This document shows positions 1 to 10,575 of a DNA stretch of 64,000 nucleotides, piece by piece. This DNA comes from Isurus oxyrinchus (Eukaryota): contig JANJGN010000026.1 of assembly GCA_026770705.1 (NCBI GenBank), forward strand, positions 21,762,001-21,826,000, read 5' to 3'. Below the pieces are notes generated by a model. The model did not search any database. It was given only the letters and a program-made list of their open reading frames with translations, and was not told the origin of the DNA. Position 1 is the first letter of the stretch. Each line of letters starts with the position of its first letter. The translations under genes and the position numbers were made by a program.

Positions 1-316
1 ACAAGTTCAGCCAGCAGTAGGAGAGTAGTGGTGGATGGGGATTGTTCAGGCCTCTATTCGAGGAAGAAGTGGAGAGCCATCAGACCATCCCGATGGGGGA
101 TGGAGGTGTAGATGGATTGGACGTCCATGGTGAAGAGGAGGCGGCTGGGGCCAGGGAACTGGAAATTGTTGATATGACGTAGGGTGTCAGAGGAATCATG
201 GATGTAGGTGGGAACGGACTGGACAAGGGGAGAGAGAATGGAGTCAAGATAGCAAGAAATGAGTTCCGTGGGGCAGGAACAGGCTGAGACGATCGGTCTG
301 CCCGGACAGTTCTGTT
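1..316 (-). mobile_element. Penelope-like element reverse transcriptase fragment (runs off window start)
   Basis: Minus-strand translation PGRPIVSACSCPTELISCYLDSILSPLV...LLFTMDVQSIYTSIPH matches PLE RT motifs (RPIVS, TxDVxSLYTxIP). The listed ORF 80..346 is its shadow frame. Confidence 0.85.
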
Positions 317-319
317 GAA

Positions 320-800
320 ATGTTGAAATGTTTGCTCCTCACCCACAGCGTTTCATCTGTTTAAAACCACAAACAGAAAGGTCCAGTTTTCTCCTAGAGT
401 TTGAGACAAATCAGCATCCAAAATGATGCTGAGTCTCAGCCAATGAGGGACATCCGGGCTCAGCCCCGCCCCTCGTACACTCCGATTGGTTGGAGGACCA
501 GCCGCTCACGCACTGTTCTCCAGCCCCACCCCTTCTTCCTATTGGTCCGGAGCTGCCGTCAATCACTCCCTGGGCATTGTGATCTGGAGCATGCGCAGTG
601 CGGGTGATGTCCATGGACAGACGCTTGTTTGTCTCATCTTCAGGCGGGAAGGAGGCGGATAAGCGGAGGCAGCGTTAGGGGCAGTGGGTGGGAGGAGAGG
701 CTTCAATACCCCTAATAAGACAGTACCGAACGGCAGCTGCGGGCTTTCTCTCGGTGCCAGACCTGAGTGGACAAATGTGGGTGAATGAAGGAAATGCAGC
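320..800 (+). promoter_or_regulatory. ZNF promoter cassette and probable non-coding exon 1 of ZNF locus 1
   Basis: CpG-rich; CCAAT/ATTGG x3, CCCCGCCCC, CGTCA, GCATGCGCA; donor-like GG|GTGAAT at 781; near-identical to 32350-32900 and to the reverse complement of 23270-23640. Confidence 0.75.
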
Positions 801-874
801 AATGGGTTTGTTAATGAGAAATTATCTTTAACTCACTTTACTGATCCTGGAGCAGGAGGAGAGAATGGTGTCAA

Positions 875-1010
875 TTTCTATCCTGGACTGACAGGGATGG
901 GTTTTACAGAGGGTTAGAAGGGGAGAATTTGCAGACGGGAAAGTCAAACCAAACATCACATTCAGAGCCGACCCGACACATCAGGACCTGGATATTATCG
1001 GCCTTTGACT
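875..1010 (+). other. Truncated duplicate of the ZNF coding-exon 5' end (acceptor plus UTR, no fingers)
   Basis: TTTTACAG|AGGGTTAGAAGGGGAGAATTTGCAGACGGGAAAGTCAAACCAAACATCAC...CCTTTGA matches the start of the ZNF exons, then breaks into CR1-like sequence. Confidence 0.7.
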
Positions 1011-1647
1011 TTGAGCATCGAGCTCCAGGTCATTAACGCTCACTGTCAGAAAAATTCCTTCCTCATATTCCCCCTTTATCTCTCGCTCGGAATCTGAAAT
1101 CTTTTTTCTGATCAGTTAATGTGAACAGTTTTTCTTTACCTATTCCCCCTAATACAGGGAAGAGGGAGAGTTTGTGGGAAGCAGGGTGCATGAGACGAGG
1201 ATTTACAGGTTTGGGGAAATGAGAGAAAAATGTTCCATATAAACTAGAATTATCTATTCTGAATTTCTATCCCGGACTGACAGTGATCACTTTTAACAAC
1301 TGGTTTTACAGGGTTGCAATGAGAATCTAAAGAGATGGGAAACTCAAAGCAAACATCACATCAAGGTCTGACTGAGTCACTCAATTCATCAAATTCTGAA
1401 TACCATTGTTTTGAATGTAGAAGGAGAAATGTTTGTTCTGTCTGTGGGAAAGGATTTTGAATGTCGTTGTTACTGGAAACTCTGAGTGAGAGTGTTCCAG
1501 CGCACTGACTGTGGAAAGTGCTTTATCCAGTTACACAGCCTGAAAAAAAAAATCACCCTTATTCACAGCAGACAGAAATCATACACACGTTCTCTTTCTG
1601 GACGAGGCTTCAACTGGACCAACCTGGAGAGACAAAAGGACACCAAC

Positions 1648-2579
1648 ATGATGGGTAAACTCTGGAAATGTGGGGTCTGTGGGAAAGGATTCAGGTCCCC
1701 ATCTGAGCTGGAAATTCATCGACGCAGTCACACTGGGGAGAGGCCGTTCACCAGCTTTGATTGTGGGAAGGGATTCACTGAGTCATCCAACTTAGACAGG
1801 CACCAGAGAATTCATACCAGGGAGAAGACATTCACCTGCTCCGAGTGTGAGAAAGGATTCACTCAGTTATCCAGCTTACATTCACACCAGAAAACTCACA
1901 CTGGAGAGAAACCATTCACTTGCTCTGAGTGTGGGAAAGGATTCATTTATTCATCTGCCCTGCTGATACACCAGCAAGTTCACACTGGTGAGAGACCTTT
2001 TAAATGCCCAGATTGTGGGGAGTGCTATAAAAGTTCCAGGGTACTGAGGTCGCATCAATGTGTTCACACCGATGAGAGACCATTCAGATGCTCTCACTGT
2101 GGGACTGGGTTCAGAAGATCATCTCATCTCACTGTGCACCAATGCACCCACACTGGAGAGAGAGACCGTTCACCTGCTCCCAGTGTGGGAAGGGATTCAC
2201 TCAGTCATCTCAGCTGCTGACACACCAGCGAGTTCATACTGGGGAGAGACCATTCACCTGCTCCAAGTGTGGGGAGGAATTCACTTGATCCTTCACCCTG
2301 CTGCAACACCAATGGGTTCATACCGGGGAGAGGACATTCATCTGCTCTGTGTGTGGGAAAGGATTCAGTCGGTCATCCAACCTCACTGCTCACCAGCGAA
2401 TTCACACTGGAGAGAGACCGTTCACTTGCTGCATCTGTGGAAAGGGATTCACAAAGTCGTTCAATCTGCTGACACACCAACGCACTCATGCTGGGGAGAG
2501 AAAATTCAACTGCCCTGTCTGTGGGAAGGGATTCACTCAGTCATGATGCCTCCTGAGACATCAGTGAGTTCATAAGTGA
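1648..2579 (+). pseudogene. ZNF locus 1: C2H2 zinc-finger gene, truncated/disrupted
   Basis: About 11 finger repeats with TGERP linkers; 2-nt AG insertion at ~2160, TGA at 2286 and 2544. ATG1648-2220 could still give 5 intact fingers. Confidence 0.85.
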
Positions 2580-3061
2580 CTGCAAGGGGTTGGATTCTGC
2601 CGTAATTGCTGCTGTTAATCACGTTTAGTATTGATAATTTAAGATTATTTAGTTTGTTTCTGCTGATGTTAACAATCCCTATAACTGACTGGAGTTTAAT
2701 ATTGTGGAGATGTCACTGATTTTTGGGGCTGCATTGTCTTTTTTTAAAAATAGCATCTGTGATCTTTCCCCTTAATTCAAGAACTCTCAACAGGAACCTT
2801 TTTATAATAAAATTATGAACTTTTACTTCAATCCTAAACTGATCTTCGTTGATAAGTCTACAATTCATTGTCTGAAGGATCCAGCAGAAAAGACAAAAGA
2901 CTTTGTGTATATTAACTCCATTAACTTTGAATCTATAATTAAGCTGTTTTTGTCAATTTTTGTTTATTAAATCTCTGATACTCCATTTCCAAAATGAAAA
3001 TTCTAACTCTTTGGCACAAGATAATTTATTGGGAGTGAGTCTCACATGTGCAGCTGCTGGA

Positions 3062-3130
3062 CAGTGGGTAAGGAGGAGGTGAAAATGCAGGTGTTGCATC
3101 TCCTGCACTTGTGTGGAAGGTGCCTTGGGA
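3062..3130 (-). mobile_element. Penelope-like fragment (Cys-rich linker region)
   Basis: Reverse complement resembles 62785-62855 (GGCACC..GATGCAACACCTGC..TTCACCTCCTCC). Confidence 0.55.
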
Positions 3131-3299
3131 CGTTTATAATTTCTGTATTTCTAAAAGTAAACATATTATAGAAAGGATTTGCCTCGTGTGTGTTCTCACT
3201 GCATGACTGACAGACATTCTGTCTAAGTAAGTTGAAGTTGTTGCCATTGGTCTGTCTATGTTCATTCTTCCTTTGGAAAACTGGTTTGAAAAGTAATAT

Positions 3300-3572
3300 T
3301 TGACAGGATTAGGACTGAGATGAGAAATTTCTTCATCCCGAGAGCGGTGAGCCTGTGGAATTCATTACCACAGAAAGTAGTTGAGACCAAAACATTGTAT
3401 GCTTTCAAGAAGGAGTTAGATATAGCTCTTGGGGCGAAAGGGATCAAAGGGTATGGGGAGAAAGCGGGAGCAGGCTATTGAGTTGGATGATCAGCCATGA
3501 ACATAATGAATGGTGGAGCGGGCTTGAAGGGCCAAATGGCCTCCTCCTGCTCCTAGTTTCTATGTTTCTATG
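3300..3572 (+). mobile_element. CR1-type LINE 3' end
   Basis: RTEMRNFFIPRAVSLWNSLP ORF2 end; GAAGGGCCAAATGGCCT..CCTGCTCCTA hairpin; TTCTATG tail repeats. Confidence 0.85.
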
Positions 3573-4744
3573 ATTTATATGAAAGCCCCTGACAGTTATA
3601 TTCACCCACCATCAAATAAAGACACTTTATAATATTCTGTGTCACATGAAACCCTTTGTGGATGAAAACGGGATCTGCTGCAGTCATCAAAGTAGATTGA
3701 ACACATTTTCACTGAAATTAAGTTAACCGGATGCTTGTGATCCTTGGTTTTGGTTTTAATCATTTTATTAGAAACTGCTCATTTCATAAAGGCGTTTATA
3801 TATTTGGTAAATAGGTGCAGACTGTTTATTGAATCAGACAGTGGAGCAGGAAAATACTCACTTGATTCGATCTTCATTGTGTGGGGATTTACATTCAAAA
3901 CTCATTGGTAACGTCACTGCACCACCTGAGGTCAGCTCAGACTGGGGGTTCTGTATGTTGTCTGTGAGCGTTAATCCGTAAATAACAGTATTTAGGAATG
4001 TAAACCTGGACGAATGGAACTCAACTTCTAATTTGACATATGTGATTCACAAGTGAGTTCACAACACCTGTTTAATCAAATTCCTGTGCTCTACACTCTA
4101 GCGTTCTTTCAACCCACCTCCAGAAATATATAAAGATAATCAAGGCTTTCTCAGCAGAATGAGAAGAGTTCTACTCTTCTCTGATTGTTGGATTGCTCCT
4201 TACGAGGCTCACACTGCTATGAAACCTTCTAGTTCCGTCTCAGGGAGAAACCACTCCTCCACACATCACTGATTCAGGCAGTATATCAGTGAGCCTCCTT
4301 CCTCAAAATGGATGCCAAAACCTCTCCTCCTGTTACAGTTCTGTCTTTGCAGCAGCGCAGCAAGATTGGGAGAGACAGAATCTGTGATTGGAAGAGATGC
4401 TGCTCACTGATTCTGTCTCTCACAAAGGTTTTACTTCCAGTGCTTGTCCCTGTGATTGAATTTTCATGGGTTTTTGTGGGGTGAATTTTCCCGCTGCCCC
4501 TGTGCATTGTGTGGTTCTGAAATACTGTCAGTCTGATTTTAAGGCTTCCTAGAATAATGAACTGATCCAAATTTGAAATGATCCATATCCCCGTCTGAGT
4601 TCCAGATTTTAATGCAATTGTCGAATCCGGAAAACATATATAAGTTAACCCCTTTAAACCTGATTCAGCACATTCCCTCCACACATAATACAAGAGATTG
4701 TCTTTGAGATCAGTTGTTCCTTTGTAGTCAGTATTGTCCTGAAG

Positions 4745-4852
4745 ACCATAAGATGTAGAAGCAGAAGTTGGCCATTCGGCCCATTAAGCGTGCTCTGCCA
4801 TTCGATGAAATCATGGCTGACCTGATAATCCTCAATTACACTTACCTGCCTT
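4745..4852 (-). mobile_element. CR1 3' tail fragment
   Basis: GGCCATTCGGCCC..TCATGGCTGA is the reverse complement of the CR1 tail. Confidence 0.7.
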
Positions 4853-4984
4853 AATGATGACAGTATTAACCTTCTCCCTAACCTGTCCTGACCCTTCCAT
4901 TATTTATTTTTTTGAAACTAGGGACTCTCCTTGTTCGAATGGTGACATTCCCTGTCTGCCCAGTTATTGTTGCATCACTAAGAT

Positions 4985-5170
4985 ACAAGCAAAGTACTGC
5001 AGATACTGCAAATCTGAAATAAAAACAGAAACTACTGGAAAAAATCAGCAAATCTGACAACATCTGTGGAGAGCCTGAAGAAGTCATATAGACTAGAAGT
5101 CTATAACTGTATTTCTCTCTCCACAGATGCTGTTAGACCTGCTTAGTTTTTCCAGCAGTTTCTTTTATTT
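4985..5170. repeat. Inverted pair of Penelope-terminal repeat fragments with decayed hammerhead-like core
   Basis: 5010-5073 is the reverse complement of CTCTCCACAGATGCTG..GACCTGCT..TTTTCCAG at 5116-5170; degenerate CTGAAGA.AGTC..GACT.GAA between them. Confidence 0.65.
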
Positions 5171-5214
5171 TACATTATTTATTATTATTTCATCATGTTG
5201 CCACAATTCGCTAA

Positions 5215-5760
5215 CAAATGTTGAAATGTTTGCTCCGCAACCATAGGGTTTCATCTGTTTAAAGCCACAAACAGTAAGGTCCAGTTTTCTCCTGGAGTTT
5301 GAGACAAATCAGCTTCAACCAACGAGGGAGATCCGGGCTAAGCCCCGCCCCCTCATTCACTCTGATTGACTGGAGGACCAGCCGCTCCCGCTCGGTCCTC
5401 CATCCCCGCCCCCTCTTCTTATTGGTCCGGAGCTGACGTCCATCACTCCCCGGGCATTGTGATCTAGAGCATGCGCATTGCGGGTGAAGGCGATTGACAG
5501 ACTTTTGTTCGTCTCATCTTCGGGGGTAAGAGAAATGGCGGAGTGGAGGGAGAGATGGGGCCGGTGGGTGGACGGGGCAGGTTCATAAGTACTCGATGAG
5601 GCTCTGAATCCAGGATAAGAAGCTACCGGTGCCGCGTTTGTTTCTGTGGGGTGGAGGTTGCGGGCATCGCGTCTCCAGTGAAAGGCCCGCCATCTTGAGC
5701 GGGGTCATTGTGCATCAGGGCGCATGCGCAATCATCCATGTCCCTGTCAGCAGGAGGAGA
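5215..5760 (+). promoter_or_regulatory. ZNF promoter cassette and exon 1 region of ZNF locus 2
   Basis: Same cassette as 320-640; TGACGTC, GCATGCGCA, YY1-like CCGCCATCTT (~5687), GCGCATGCGC (~5720). Confidence 0.75.
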
Positions 5761-6179
5761 GAATGTTGTGAATTTCTGTCCGGGACTGATGGATGGATTT
5801 TGGAAACTCCTTTTAAAGGGGATCGGAGAAGGGGAACATTTACGAGTCACTCGATTCATCAAGGCGGGAATATTATCGGCCTCTGAGTGTAAGCATTGAG
5901 TTCCAGGTCATTACCACTCACTGCAAATATTTCTTGCTCACATCCCCCCTGTTGAGTTTGCCAAAAATTTTAAACCTGTCTATGACAATCTTACAATTAG
6001 CTATTACCTTATCTAAAACTACCATAAACTTGTACTTCTCTATCAAATCCCCCTTCAATCTCCTTTGCTCCAAGGAGAACAAGCCCAGTTTCCCCAACCC
6101 AACATTGCAACTATAATCCCTGGAACTATAATGGTAAATTGTCTCTGCACCATCTCAAGGACCCTCACATCCTTCATAA

Positions 6180-6790
6180 TTATTGTGATCACTGGTTTGT
6201 GCAGACCCAGACGTTCTGTGTTCACACCGACAATTGCGCGGTGTCATCATCCCGCTCCCCAGGTATTTCCTCAACTGGGAGATTTTTCTCTGACTCCAGT
6301 GCTTCTGATATCTCTCCAGCTGCAGGCTTCAGTGGGAGATTTTAAAATTGAAAACAGCGAAATTGTTTCAGAGGTGATTATTTTTGACCATTCATCTACA
6401 TTTATTGCTATGCTCCGTAATCTGAGAGAGGTTCTGTGTCTCTGGGGCTGGTGTGACTTCTTTAATATGGATCTGAATCCATTGCTGTCTTTCACCTCTA
6501 CCCTCCTGATCACCTCTCTGCCATGGTTTAACTTCCATTGCCTTTAATTTTAGTTTTGTTTAGTATTTCACTGTTACTTCTACTAAATGAGGTTTTCACC
6601 GCTGCCCATCCCCTGGCCATGTGCAGCTGGCTTAACAGCTTTATCTTCCCACCATACCTTTCATAGTCAGGAATTGTTTTTTCCTGTGGTATCGTCCATT
6701 TCTCTTCTGTTGCTGTGCTTATAGTGACCATCAAATTTTGCACCATTTTTATTCCCTGGAATTCATTCTGCACATTGAAATGTTAACTCT
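6180..6790 (+). other. Conserved intronic block of lineage-A ZNF genes with candidate non-coding exon 6263-6372
   Basis: Paralogous to 21660-22305(-), 27980-28560 and 33280-34090; CCCCAG|GTATTTCCTC...CAGAG|GTGA. Confidence 0.6.
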
Positions 6791-6802
6791 GTTTCTCTCT
6801 CA

Positions 6803-7165
6803 TATGAACATACGGATTAGGAGCAGGAGCAGACCACTCAGCCCCTATCATTTAATAAGATCATGGCTGATCTGATTGTAACCTCAACTTCACATTCCCG
6901 CCTACTCCGATAACATTGCACTCCCTTGCTTGTCAAGAATCTATCTACCACTGCCTTAAAAATATTCAAAGACTCTATTTCCAGCACCTTTTGCAGAAGA
7001 GAGTTCCAAAGACTCACAACCCTCTGAGAGAAAAATATTCTCCTCATCTCTGTCTTAAATGGGTGACCCCCTTATTTTTATACAGTGGCCCCTAGTTCTA
7101 GATTCTCCCACAAGAGGAAACTTCATCTCCACATCCACCCTGTCAAGACTCCTCAGGATCTTGAG
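6803..7165 (-). mobile_element. CR1 LINE 3' end
   Basis: ORF 6838..7047 MRRIFFSQRVVSLWNSL; CR1 tail. Confidence 0.85.
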
Positions 7166-7294
7166 TGTTACATGCATACATTGTGAGCCCCCAGTTACAT
7201 GTGGAGAAGATGATGTTTGACCTTCTTGACCACAGTCTGCGCGGTGAAGGTGTACCCATAATGCTGTTAGATAAGGAGTTACAGGTTATTCACC

Positions 7295-7575
7295 AAGCGA
7301 TGATGAAGGATTGGTGATTATTGACCAAGTCCACATCACTAAATTGTAGTTATATCACACTTTTGATGCAATGAAACGTTCCAAGACATTTAGCAAAAAT
7401 GTGACAAAGCACCAGTTCAAATAAGGAGATAATAGGCAGGTGACCAAAGCTTGGTCAAAGTGTTGGGTTTTAAGGAGCATCTTAAAGGAGGAAAGTGAGG
7501 TGGAGAGGTTTAAGGATGAAACATCAGAGCTTGTGGCCTTGGCAACTGAAAGAACGGCCACCAATAGTGGATTCA
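7295..7575 (-). mobile_element. L2 LINE 3' fragment in lineage-A intron
   Basis: FKMLLKTQHFDQA-type L2 end; equivalent fragments at 20095, 28930, 34600 and 61570. Confidence 0.65.
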
Positions 7576-7750
7576 TTAAGCTCAATTTCACAGTCTCCCT
7601 TTGTGTATTTTTTGTGGGTCCTCTCTCACTCCCTTTTTTCTGTTTTAAATCAATTTCATTGTTATTAGAAGTGGACCGTTTGCAGTCAGAAAACAGCATC
7701 TGAAGGAGTCATCCAATGCACCGTAACCTGAACAGCACAGCATTTTGAAC

Positions 7751-8680
7751 ATGGAAGGAAAAAGCACTGCTCAAAGTGGAGAGAAACCATGGAAATGTGG
7801 AGACTGTGAGGAGAGATTCAGTTACCCATGTGAGCTGGAAACTCATCGACGCACTCACACTGGGGAGAGGCCATTTACCTGCTCCGTGTGTGGGAAGGGA
7901 TTCTCTCGATCATCCCAGCTGATTACACACCAGCGAGTTCACACCGGGGAGAAACCATTCACCTGCTCCAAGTGTGGCAAGGGATTCACTCAGTCTTCCA
8001 ACCTGCTGACACACCAGCGGGTTCACACTGGGGAGAGACCTTTTCAATGCCCAGACTGTGGAAAGTGTTATAGAAGTTCTGGGGACCTGATGTCCCATCA
8101 ACGTGTTCACACTGATGAGAGACCGTTCAGGTGCTCTCACTGTGGGGCTGGGTTCAGGGGATCATTTCAACTCACTGTACACCAGCGAATTCACACTGGG
8201 GAGAGGCCATTTACTTGCTATATGTGTGGCAAAGGATTCACTCAGTTATCCCACGTGCTGAGACACGAAAGAGTTCACACTGGGGAAAGACCTTTTGAAT
8301 GCCCAGACTGTGGGAAGTGCTATAAAAGTTCCGGGGAACTGATATCCCATCAACGTATTCACACTGATGAGAGACCATTCAGGTGCTTTTACTGTGGGGC
8401 TGCTTTCAGGGGATCATCTCAACTTTCTGTACATCAGCGAATTCACACTGGGGACAGGCCATTCACCTGCTCTGAGTGTGGGAAGGGATTCACTCAGTCA
8501 TCCACCCTGCTGAATCACCAGCGAGTTCATACTGGGGAGAGGCCATTCACCTGCTCCGAGTGCGGAAAGAGATTCACTCGATCGTCCCACCTGCGAGGTC
8601 ACCAGCGAGGTCACATGATGGGAGGGCATTCACCTACACCGTGTTTGGGAAGAGATTCAGTCGGTCATCCACCCTGTTGA
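7751..8680 (+). CDS. ZNF locus 2: C2H2 zinc-finger protein, 10 fingers, no effector domain
   Basis: Family start AACATGG (MEGKS) at 7751; 10 CxxC-12-HxxxH fingers with TGERP/TDERP linkers; an 11th finger is decayed in another frame. Confidence 0.92.
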   Translation: MEGKSTAQSGEKPWKCGDCEERFSYPCELETHRRTHTGERPFTCSVCGKGFSRSSQLITHQRVHTGEKPFTCSKCGKGFTQSSNLLTHQRVHTGERPFQCPDCGKCYRSSGDLMSHQRVHTDERPFRCSHCGAGFRGSFQLTVHQRIHTGERPFTCYMCGKGFTQLSHVLRHERVHTGERPFECPDCGKCYKSSGELISHQRIHTDERPFRCFYCGAAFRGSSQLSVHQRIHTGDRPFTCSECGKGFTQSSTLLNHQRVHTGERPFTCSECGKRFTRSSHLRGHQRGHMMGGHSPTPCLGRDSVGHPPC

Positions 8681-8894
8681 GTCACCAGTAACTACAGTGA
8701 ATGGATTTTGCTGTTAATCACATCCAGGATTGAACTATGTTCATTGGGGTCTGTTTATGCTGATGTTAATACATTCCAGCCCAGTTATAGATGTTAATAT
8801 TCAGGATAGAATTCAAATAAATCATTTTCGTGTTAAACATACATGATGTTGAGTCTTTTTAATATCTCGAACACGTTACTTCATTTTGAAGGGC

Positions 8895-9605
8895 TCCCTC
8901 TCTCTTCTGTTTGCTCCATCCTCACCTCAACAACAACTGTCAGGAGTTCAGGAGCTTCTTTGTCACTGAGATAATCCGATCAGCTGCCTCTGCTGCTTTC
9001 CTCCCTTCCACTAGCCCACCAGGCCAAACTGTCTCTAAAGCCCCTTCTTGATGTAGCCCTGAATCTGGTTCTTTCTTTCGCTTCTCTCCCATCTCTCCTC
9101 AGACCCTCTCAGAACTTATCATTTCCATAAAACCCACCTCCTCTGTTGACCCTATTCCCGCTATACTACTTCTCCCTGTTCGCTGATCTTGTTAACAGTT
9201 CTCTCTCTTCAGGTACTGCCCTTCATTCCTTTAACTATGTCATCATCACCCACTCCTCAATAAAACAAACCCTTGACACCAATGTCCTTGCAAACTACTG
9301 CCTCATCTCTAACCACCCGTTTCCTCTCCAAAGTCCTTGTCACCTCCCAAATCTATGCATTTTTTCCCCCAGAACTCCATGTTTGAAACCTTTCAATGAG
9401 ATTTCTGTCCCTGCCACAATATCAAAGCAGCTCTTATTGAAGTCACAAATTACATCCTATATCAATATGACAGAGATAAATTCCCTCTCATTGTCCTCAT
9501 CTTGTCTACAGTCTTTGATACCGTTGACCAAACCATCCTCCTCCAATGCCTCTCCACTGTTCTCCAGCTGAGTGGGACTGCACGCTCCTGATTCCTTTCT
9601 TATCT
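8895..9605 (+). mobile_element. L2 LINE RT-region fragment
   Basis: Decayed LDTNVLANYxxISN, KVTN and FDTVD motifs; the same position downstream of loci 4, 6 and 11. Confidence 0.8.
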
Positions 9606-9609
9606 TTTT

Positions 9610-9730
9610 AAAATTCATTTCTGGGGTGTGGGCTTCACTAGCTGGGCCAGCATTTATTGCTCATCCCTAATTGCCTTTGAGAAAGTGCTGGTGAGCTGCC
9701 TTCTTGAACCGCTGCAGTCATGGTGTACCT
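9610..9730 (-). mobile_element. Non-LTR retrotransposon/SINE-shared 3' tail
   Basis: CCAGCATTTATTGC.CATCCCTAATTGCC.TTGAG; same as 29530-29620. Confidence 0.6.
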
Positions 9731-9739
9731 GTCATTAAT

Positions 9740-10135
9740 GGCGACTGGACTACCCACAGTCCCATGCGTCTCAGAAACCGCTCTATCTGCTGCAAGTTGG
9801 CGGCAGTTCCGCGCATGCTCGGCGGATTCTGGGCTCTTTGTTTGAGGTTGTTTCCGGAGAGAAGCCGGGAGCGGCGGATTGTGAAAGTGGCGAATGTTCA
9901 TTATTCAATATTCGGCTCTGGGGCCGCACTCGGGATTTGTGAACCCCGCCCCCCCCCCCCCCCCCCGCCGCCCGTGACTTCTCACCTGACACCTCACAAT
10001 GCCCAAGTGACTGACGGCAGCTCCGGACCAATAATAACAGCGGGGGCGGGACTGGAGGATCGAACGAGAGCGGCTGGTCCTCCAGCAAATCAGAGTGAAT
10101 GAAGGGCGGGGCGTGCGCATTGTGGGTACTGGAGC
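9740..10135 (+). promoter_or_regulatory. Promoter/exon 1 region of ZNF locus 3 (cassette inverted relative to gene)
   Basis: CpG-rich; ACTACCCACAGTCCC ZNF143-like site, GCGCATGC, poly-C; 9835-10110 is the reverse complement of 27230-27505; acceptor CACAG| at 10201. Confidence 0.7.
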
Positions 10136-10575
10136 CGGAAGGCCTATTTAGAATTTCTATCCTGTGTCTTAAGTGATGAGTTTTCTAAACTCCTTTCACA
10201 GGTGGTTAGATGGGGAGGATCTACAGACGGGAAAATCGTAACAAACATCACATCATAATCTGACAGAGTCACCAGATTCATCAGGACCTGAACATCATCA
10301 GCCTTTCAATGTGCAAGGAGAAATGTTTGTCTGCTTCTGTCTGTGGGGAAAAATTTCAAAGATCAGTGTGGCTGGAAAAGCACCGAGACACAGACACACC
10401 TGAGTGAGAGTGTTCCAGTGAACTGACTGTGGAAAGAGCTTTAACCAGTTATACAGCCTGAAAAAACATCACAGCATTTGCAGTGGGGAGAACCTGTTAC
10501 ACGTATTCTGTGTGGACGAGCTTCAACTGATCATCCAACCTAGAGAGACACAAACGTACGAAGAACACCAGCACC

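Noticed and set aside
401-607. Recurrent short ORF MRQISIQNDAESQPMR (also 23332, 40985)
   Set aside because: TTG-started reading through the promoter cassette, with frameshifts between copies; the conservation is explained by the DNA motifs
340-640. Promoter cassette or whole ZNF unit as a transposon
   Set aside because: No terminal repeats, TSDs or common boundaries; copies share extended flanks as expected for segmental duplication
2060-2575. ORFs with [17 protein letters not shown] or GRDSLSHP repeats (also 7888, 8476, 18294, 36883, 42808, 60016)
   Set aside because: Alternative-frame shadows of zinc-finger codons
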